NCBI GenBank assembly: GCA_964597415.1 | Contig: CAZQYO010000001.1 | Span: 1 to 53,911 of the forward strand | Direction of reading: 5' to 3' | DNA: 53,911 nt | Source of the DNA: an uncultured Chitinophaga sp. | GTDB taxonomy: Bacteria > Bacteroidota > Bacteroidia > Chitinophagales > LD1 | Part shown: in pieces, positions 9,256 through 15,657 of the stretch | Numbering within the stretch: the first letter of the stretch is position 1 | Layout of the letters: every line of letters begins with the position of its first letter | Made by a program: the position numbers and the translations under genes | The notes under the pieces: generated by a model | The model's database searches: none | What the model was told of the DNA's origin: nothing | Seen by the model: the letters and a program-made list of their open reading frames with translations, nothing else

Positions 9256-10266
9256 ATGGATTCTAAAATCTCTTTTTACCACTACAATGCCGAAGACTAC
9301 TATTTCACGGAAAGTATTTCTTTGAAGGAGTGTGCCGGTTATGACAGTGAAACGCATGTAAACTGGATAAATATTCTGGGTATCAGCGATCCTGCGGTGT
9401 TGCACGAAACCGGTGAGATTTTCGGAATACATTCTTTGGTGATTGAGGATATTTTCAACACTATTCAACGGGCAAAGATTGAAGAGTATGACGATATGCT
9501 CTACATCGTACTGCGCATGTTTTATCTGAATGAGGCGAAAGAAACATTAGATCAGCAAGTAAGTTTTGTGTTGCACAATAATGTGCTGCTTACATTCCGC
9601 GAAGCCGATACGGGTATTTTTAGCAAGTCGGTTGGTGAGCGGCTTAAAACCGGTGCCGGAAATCTGAGAAAACGAGGAGAAGACTTTTTGTTGTATTCCT
9701 TGCTGGATGTGATTATTGATAATTATTATTTAGTGCTGGAGCATATCAGCGACCAGATAGAGAAATTAGATCAAGAAATACTATACCATCCCGATGACCG
9801 CCACTTATTGGTGTTGCAAAAACTAAAAAGTGAGATTTTGTATATCCGCAAAAATATATTGCCGGTGCGCGAGCTAATTAATAATCTGATCCGTTTTGAC
9901 GTAGATTATTTTGAAGCCGACAGCAAGTATTTTCTGCGCGACCTGCAAGACCACATGCAGCGCAATGCAGAAGAAATAGAATTTCAGCGCGATCAACTTA
10001 ACTCGCTGATGGACCTACATTATTCTCTCCAAACTCATAAGATGAACACCATCATGAAAACGCTGACGGGTGTGTCGTTTGTATTGTTACCTCTCACTTT
10101 TTTAGCCAGCCTTTACGGAATGAATTTCTCCCTTATTCCTCGCGCTAACGACCCCATGGGCTTTTACGAAATGGTGGGTTTTATGGCTGTGGTGGCTGTC
10201 GTGTTGATTATTTTCGCTTTTAGGTGGGGATGGCTCTCTACAAAAGATTTTAATAAAGATCAGTAA
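9256..10266 (+). CDS. corA: Magnesium/cobalt transporter CorA
   Basis: 336 aa with the signature YGMNF followed by two C-terminal TM helices. Confidence 0.9.
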   Translation: MDSKISFYHYNAEDYYFTESISLKECAGYDSETHVNWINILGISDPAVLHETGEIFGIHSLVIEDIFNTIQRAKIEEYDDMLYIVLRMFYLNEAKETLDQQVSFVLHNNVLLTFREADTGIFSKSVGERLKTGAGNLRKRGEDFLLYSLLDVIIDNYYLVLEHISDQIEKLDQEILYHPDDRHLLVLQKLKSEILYIRKNILPVRELINNLIRFDVDYFEADSKYFLRDLQDHMQRNAEEIEFQRDQLNSLMDLHYSLQTHKMNTIMKTLTGVSFVLLPLTFLASLYGMNFSLIPRANDPMGFYEMVGFMAVVAVVLIIFAFRWGWLSTKDFNKDQ

Positions 10267-10841
10267 TGAAAATCGGTCTCTTTTTCGGCTCCTTTAATCC
10301 GGTGCACAACGGGCATCTGATTATTGCCAACTACCTGTGTGAAACAACTGACTTGAATAAGGTATGGATGGTGGTTTCTCCCCAAAATCCTCTAAAAGAT
10401 AAAGAAAGCCTGCTCAACCAATACGATCGGCTGCACCTCATTCGATTAGCTATTGAAGGCAACACCAACTTAAAAGCTTCTGACATCGAATTCAAGTTGC
10501 CCAAACCATCTTACACCATTGATACCTTAGTGCACCTGAGTGAAAAATTTCCGCAGCATCAGTTTAGCCTCATTATGGGCAGCGATAATCTTTGCTCTAT
10601 TCATAAGTGGAAGAACTATGAGTTGCTGTTGAGGAACTATTCCCTATACGTTTACAGGCGTAGAGGTGCTGACCAAAATCCTTATCCTGAAAACCAGAAC
10701 ATTCACTTTCTCGACTTTCCTTACTTAGATATATCGGCCACTTTTGTGCGTGCCAATCTTAAAAAAGGAATTTCTATGCGCTACTTTCTGCCCGAGCCGG
10801 TTTGCGCCTATATAGAGGAAGGAAATTTATATCGCAGCTAA
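10266..10841 (+). CDS. nadD: Nicotinate-nucleotide adenylyltransferase
   Basis: 191 aa with the N-terminal GLFFGSFNPVHNGH (HxGH nucleotidyltransferase motif). Its start overlaps the corA stop (TAATG). Confidence 0.9.
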   Translation: MKIGLFFGSFNPVHNGHLIIANYLCETTDLNKVWMVVSPQNPLKDKESLLNQYDRLHLIRLAIEGNTNLKASDIEFKLPKPSYTIDTLVHLSEKFPQHQFSLIMGSDNLCSIHKWKNYELLLRNYSLYVYRRRGADQNPYPENQNIHFLDFPYLDISATFVRANLKKGISMRYFLPEPVCAYIEEGNLYRS

Positions 10842-11345
10842 TAGATACCCACCTTGTGTATGTGAATTAGTGTGGACAAGTGGTGTAAACGCTCTGTGTA
10901 AGTTTTCTTTGAAAGTCGGGAAATAAGACAGAGGTGTTTGCCCCCAAAAAATAGGTGCGCAAATAGGCGGTAATGAACAGCCGAAGTGCTCCGGTGTTGA
11001 AATCAATTTATCCTTATGGCTTATCAACTGCGATTTCCACAGCCGGTGAATAAACCCTCATTTATGAGTAAACAAAGGCACTCGCAACTAACACACCCTG
11101 TGGATTGCTGTGAATAAAGTGAAACTTTTGTGAATGAAAAGCCTTTTGAAAAAAGGTTATCCCAATATCCACCGCCCTAATAATAATGGCTTTCATTTTT
11201 TAAAAAACTATTTACAAGTGATACAAGTACTTGTTGTGGATGAAAAAATTTTTTCTCTCTTAAAACAATTAACTTCTTACATTGGTATAAATAACAATAG
11301 CGGTGCTGTTATTCAGGTAGCAGCTCTTTTAAAGGTTTTGAAGAA

Positions 11346-12122
11346 ATGAAGTTGTTGCCCCGGACTTTATGTTTGCTTTTGTTGGTTTTTGCCACCTCTT
11401 TTAAAGTTGCTTCACTCTCTTTTGAAGAAAAACAAAAACAATTCCCGCGTGTGGCAGATGCCTATGAAAGAAAAGAAGAGTTGTTTTTGATGAAATGCCG
11501 CTCTAAAGAAATACCTGAAACCTTCAGCGATATGTTTATCCGGGTATTTAAGCGCGAAAACCTATTAGAAATATGGGCAAAGAATGTAAGAGGGAAATAC
11601 GTGAAGTTTGGAGACTATAAAATTTACTCCATGTCAGGTCATTTGGGGCCAAAGCGGCAGCTGGGGGATGAGCAGGTGCCGGAAGGTTTCTACTATATCA
11701 ATGAATTTAATCCGCAAAGCAATTACCTGCTCTCCTTAGGCATTAACTACCCAAATGAATCGGACAAAATTCTCAGCTCTGCCGTAAATAAAGGAGGAGA
11801 TATTTTTATACATGGAGGAAAAGTAAGTGCCGGATGTATCGCCATGAGCAATTACTATATTGAAGATATTTACATAGCGGCTGTAAAGGCACGCAACCAC
11901 GGGCAACAAATTATTCCGGTTCAAATTTTTCCTTTTCAAATGACAAGCATAAACATGACCTATTATTCTAACTTTTGGCAGTTAAGGCAGTACATGGATT
12001 TTTGGAACAATTTAGCACAAGGGTATCGCTACTTTGAAACCTATAAGACTTTACCGGATGTAGGGGTAGATACTAATGGTTACTACACCTACCAAACTCA
12101 AAAGGTTCCATCCGACAAGTAA
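11346..12122 (+). CDS. L,D-transpeptidase family protein (YafK-like)
   Basis: 258 aa with a signal peptide and the YkuD-type catalytic block IFIHGGKVSAGCIAM. Confidence 0.75.
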   Translation: MKLLPRTLCLLLLVFATSFKVASLSFEEKQKQFPRVADAYERKEELFLMKCRSKEIPETFSDMFIRVFKRENLLEIWAKNVRGKYVKFGDYKIYSMSGHLGPKRQLGDEQVPEGFYYINEFNPQSNYLLSLGINYPNESDKILSSAVNKGGDIFIHGGKVSAGCIAMSNYYIEDIYIAAVKARNHGQQIIPVQIFPFQMTSINMTYYSNFWQLRQYMDFWNNLAQGYRYFETYKTLPDVGVDTNGYYTYQTQKVPSDK

Positions 12123-12155
12123 ACCAAGCTTCACAGATGTAATTATATTCGGGCG

Positions 12156-12791
12156 ATGAAATGGATTCAACGCCTATTATACTCAGCCGCATTTTTCTGT
12201 CTGCTTTGTGTGGCTTTTTATCGCCTTTGGTTTTTGCGACAGCCGCAGCGAAACATACCACACAACCCTACAGAATTTGTTAGCCCGGCAAACGGTAAGG
12301 TAGTCTCTGTGAGGCATTGGAACACGACCGATATTGTAGAAACCAAAGGAGAGTTGGGCGCTATCCATCTTTGGACCAATGAGGTGGATACTGCGGGTAC
12401 TATTATCTCTATACAAATGAATCCTCTAAATGTGCATTACCAACGCGCTCCGCAGAATGGTAAGCTATTGAGTGAAAAATATACCAAAGGAAGTTTTCAC
12501 AATGCGGTCTCTATGAGTAATGATTATGGTATTCGCTTTGAAAATGAACACAACGAAATGCTATTTGAAACCACCAGCGGAAAAAGATATAAAGTGATTC
12601 AGATAGCCGGCTTCTTGGCGCGTAGAATTGTTGATTATATGAACACAAACCAAACTGTTTCACAGGGAGAAATTATTGGCCTTATCAAACTCGGCAGTCA
12701 AGTTACAGTTATACTCCCGCATAATGTCACCGTGACAACACAAGTAGGCGACATCGTTACTGATGGAGAAACGGTGCTCGGGAAAGAGTAA
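12156..12791 (+). CDS. psd: Phosphatidylserine decarboxylase family protein (short form)
   Basis: 211 aa with an N-terminal TM segment and a C-terminal LGSQV self-cleavage-type Gly-Ser site. Confidence 0.8.
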   Translation: MKWIQRLLYSAAFFCLLCVAFYRLWFLRQPQRNIPHNPTEFVSPANGKVVSVRHWNTTDIVETKGELGAIHLWTNEVDTAGTIISIQMNPLNVHYQRAPQNGKLLSEKYTKGSFHNAVSMSNDYGIRFENEHNEMLFETTSGKRYKVIQIAGFLARRIVDYMNTNQTVSQGEIIGLIKLGSQVTVILPHNVTVTTQVGDIVTDGETVLGKE

Positions 12792-12848
12792 TAAGCGAGC
12801 AGCAATTTACACCATCACCCCCTCTATTTAAGTTTTCTTCATCCCCCA

Positions 12849-13202
12849 TTACTCACTTCTTCTTTTTTTCTCCTCACGCATCTCTACAAACTCCCTTACT
12901 TCCCCTACTGTCATTTCTTTCAGTATTTCTTCCAGCACAATCGGTGGCTTTTTGCGGATGACCTGTAAAGGGTTTTCAGGATAATCTTCCGTTTTTTTAC
13001 CGGGAGACCATTGCAGCAGGTCGTTAGGAGTGCAACGCAACAAATTGCACAGGGTTTCTACGTCATCCAGCATCAGCCGGTTGGTTTTGCCATCTAAGTA
13101 TTGCATTGCTTTCTCTTTGCTGATACCCGCTTTGGTCAAAGCAGTGTAATCGTGTGCAATGGCTTTCTCCCGGCACAGGTCTTTTATCCTTAATCTTATC
13201 AT
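12849..13202 (-). CDS. Helix-turn-helix (XRE-like) transcriptional regulator, Bacteroidota type
   Basis: 117 aa. The block LCNLLRCTPNDLLQW and the preceding HTH segment match a small HTH family common in Bacteroidota. It has a charged C-terminal tail. Confidence 0.65.
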   Translation of the reverse strand: MIRLRIKDLCREKAIAHDYTALTKAGISKEKAMQYLDGKTNRLMLDDVETLCNLLRCTPNDLLQWSPGKKTEDYPENPLQVIRKKPPIVLEEILKEMTVGEVREFVEMREEKKRRSE

Positions 13203-13300
13203 GGCGGTTGTTTTTTTGCCTCCAAAGCTCCTTTATAGCCCCGTAGGCAGGGTTAAGGAACCTAAAATAAGGGTTTTATTGCCTAATTATCAACTTTTGT

Positions 13301-13489
13301 TCCTTAAGTAGGAGCAACTACTCCTTAAGTAGGAGTAAGTGCTCCTTAAGTAGGAGTAAGTGCTCCTTAAGTAGGAGTAACTACTCCGTAAGTAGGAGTA
13401 ACTACTCCGTAACAAGGAGTAAGTGTTCCTTAAGTAAGAGTAAGAACTCCTTAAGTAGGAGTAACTACTCCGTAACAAGGAGTAAATTA
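13301..13489. repeat. Nine head-to-tail 21-bp tandem repeats with internal dyad symmetry
   Basis: Units start at 13301, 13322, 13343, 13364, 13385, 13406, 13427, 13448 and 13469. The consensus is TCCTTAAGTAGGAGTAACTAC. The dyad is TACTCCT-TAAGT-AGGAGTA. Confidence 0.95.
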
Positions 13490-13618
13490 TTAAAAAACCG
13501 AAAAATGTTAACAAACAGGTAGCTTTTTGTGCAGAACAGGGCATTATTTGGGCTGAAACTTACGTTTATCTCCCTTTAATTTGAGTAACCGTAATTTATA
13601 AACCTAAACCATGGCACC

Positions 13619-14599
13619 ATGAACGACTCACAAGAAGAACATTTCGGGAGATTTCTGAAGCTAAACAGCTTTCTCGGGCTGTATGCCGCTGACCTTGCCG
13701 CCAACCCTGCCATAGCTGCCGAGAAAGTAAAAATTGCTACCCTCATTAACAACATTGGTTTGCAAGATGCCATTGGTAACAGCGATGACACCGGCTTTAC
13801 CACCATGAAAACCAACGCGGCAAATACACTGCGTGCAGCTTGCAAAGATATAAGCGGAGGCTTGAGTAGTTATTTCGAAATTATAGGGCATGTCGGGAAT
13901 TTAGAAAAGGCGAAAATGACAGATAGTCAAATTGATTACCCCGATGATGCTAAACTGAACATGGCCGCTAACCAACTCTATTTACTGGGTAATGTAGCGA
14001 CTGTAAAAGCCGACCCCCTGTTGGCAGACGCGCTACTGACCCCGGCAGATATTGATGACCTCGAAGTAAAACGTCTTGCCTGGATGGATTTGGTCACCCT
14101 GCCCGATGATAAACGAGCCGACCGGGTCGCTGCCAATAAAGAAAAGATGCGTTTGTTTGAGGTGGGTAATAAAGAGATAGTGCCGCGCCTCGCCAATTTT
14201 ATGCTCCCCTATGCCACCAACAACACCCTGCTTTACAGCAAATACGAAACCGCCAATGCCATTGACGATTTAGGCGGCAACAGCGGCACCGATGGCTACG
14301 ACATTCAGAACTACACTATCCCCGCAGGCGGCTCGGTAAATTTTCCGGCCGGGGCAGGACCTATCAATCCCGATTTGGAGCTATACATACGGGTAGTAAG
14401 CACCGGTGGCGGAGTTATTATCTGCACTACAGGTTTGCCGGCCAGCCCCTGTGCGGCAGGTTATCAACTAACATCCGGCACCACTTTTAAAGATAAAATT
14501 TCGGCTATGGACTTAGACCTTAACCTGCCCAATGTGCAGTTTACCAACCCGGGTTTAGATACCATAATCGTACGAGCAGGCACCAAGACACACACCTAA
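13619..14599 (+). CDS. Hypothetical protein (no recognisable family)
   Basis: 326-aa ORF, the only long frame in this stretch. I see no signal peptide or TM segment. It has an Ala/Leu-rich N-terminal part and a Gly/Thr/Pro-rich C-terminal part. Confidence 0.6.
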   Translation: MNDSQEEHFGRFLKLNSFLGLYAADLAANPAIAAEKVKIATLINNIGLQDAIGNSDDTGFTTMKTNAANTLRAACKDISGGLSSYFEIIGHVGNLEKAKMTDSQIDYPDDAKLNMAANQLYLLGNVATVKADPLLADALLTPADIDDLEVKRLAWMDLVTLPDDKRADRVAANKEKMRLFEVGNKEIVPRLANFMLPYATNNTLLYSKYETANAIDDLGGNSGTDGYDIQNYTIPAGGSVNFPAGAGPINPDLELYIRVVSTGGGVIICTTGLPASPCAAGYQLTSGTTFKDKISAMDLDLNLPNVQFTNPGLDTIIVRAGTKTHT

Positions 14600-14648
14600 A
14601 CTACTACCCCCTAAAGGCCAACCGAACCACTAAATTAAATTCGGAACC

Positions 14649-14768
14649 GATAACACCGCACACAAAAAATTAAAATATATGGCGCCTTACTGCGGCCACC
14701 ACTGGCACATCACCCTCCCACGGGCGTGCGTACGGTAGCGCTGTTTGAGCACAAAACCTCTTTCTAAA
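14649..14768 (+). repeat. Dispersed intergenic repeat, copy B (partner at 33-137)
   Basis: See copy A. The core is at 14681-14726. Copy B carries extra bases after the core relative to copy A. Confidence 0.75.
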
Positions 14769-14928
14769 TGGTCATCCTAAATTCGTAATTCGCTATTCAT
14801 TATCCTTTCAATTCACAATTCCTCCCCATTAGTGCCCCCAATGATTCACCCTACAACTCCGCCAACATCCTTTACCGGGAATAATTCAGAATAAATATTT
14901 TTACCGCAACAAACTTTTACCCCTTTAC

Positions 14929-15417
14929 ATGCCTATCACCTTTCACACAGCCGACATCTCATATACATTAAAGCAGAAGCGGCTTCTCAAGTGCTTTATT
15001 GGCGAACAGATTACAGCCGCCCGGTTGCATTTGGGTCACTTGTCCTTTGTGTTCTGCACCGATGATTATCTGCTAAACATCAACCGACAATTTCTAAAGC
15101 ACGATTACTATACCGACATTATCACCTTTCCCCTAAATGAAGAATCCGGCACTATTGCAGGAGAAATTTATATTTCCATAGAGCGCGTTCTGGACAATGC
15201 TGAAACCTTTAAAGCAAAAACCACAGAAAAGCCCATCCGCACTATAACCACTCATGCTGATTTCTTCGAGATTGAACTTCATCGGGTTATGTTTCATGGC
15301 ATTCTACATTTGATAGGTTATAAAGATAAAACCGCCCCGCAGAAAGCACAAATGCGCAAAATGGAAGACCGTTGGTTACATGAGTTTCAGCAAACTGTTA
15401 ACCGCACAGATTCTTGA
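14929..15417 (+). CDS. ybeY: rRNA maturation endoribonuclease YbeY
   Basis: 162 aa with the metal-binding motif HGILHLIGYKD. Confidence 0.9.
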   Translation: MPITFHTADISYTLKQKRLLKCFIGEQITAARLHLGHLSFVFCTDDYLLNINRQFLKHDYYTDIITFPLNEESGTIAGEIYISIERVLDNAETFKAKTTEKPIRTITTHADFFEIELHRVMFHGILHLIGYKDKTAPQKAQMRKMEDRWLHEFQQTVNRTDS

Positions 15418-15657
15418 TTATCAAATAAATACAACAGTGTTCCACATGGAACAATGCTATAAATTGCTTAGAAGAAAATGTCTTTTCAAAATGGTTCTAC
15501 GTGGAACAATATAAAGAGTAGATAAGGGTTGTTATGCCGGTTAAATCAAATGACCGCCCGGCAATCCAAATTCCTCATTAATTTCGCCCGGTGTTTAAAG
15601 AGAATAAAAGTATAGCGGTAGAGAGGGACCTCCCCGTTTCTAATCAAAGAGAAAACC

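Noticed and set aside
11134-11349. 71-aa ORF whose stop overlaps the L,D-transpeptidase start (ATGA), which could suggest a coupled upstream gene.
   Set aside because: I recognise no family in it. Its composition is A/T-rich and Asn/Lys/Leu-rich, like non-coding DNA. It spans the DnaA-box-like cluster and the A/T-rich tract. The ATGA overlap alone is weak evidence.
13301-13489. Possible CRISPR array.
   Set aside because: The units are directly abutting with no spacers. They are only 21 bp long and degenerate, and no cas genes are present in the window.
13612-13630. TGGCAC at 13612-13617 as a sigma-54 -24 element (rpoN is encoded in this window).
   Set aside because: No TTGC-type -12 element follows at the required N5 spacing (the sequence is TGGCAC-CATGA-ACGA), and the site overlaps the ATG at 13619.
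14678-14737. Cys/His micro-ORF inside repeat copy B (ATG at 14678, MAPYCGHHWHITLPRACVR).
   Set aside because: The corresponding frame in copy A starts with TTG rather than ATG and continues without the same stop. The opposite-strand frame is about as well preserved between the two copies (it also shows conservative substitutions), so two copies cannot discriminate a coding frame.
1-14768. Composite transposon or invertible cassette bounded by the two inverted repeat copies.
   Set aside because: The 14.5 kb between the copies is ordinary housekeeping content (ppk2, corA, nadD, psd and others) with no transposase, recombinase or target-site duplication that I can see. The repeats are more likely dispersed short elements. 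Inversion remains only a theoretical possibility.
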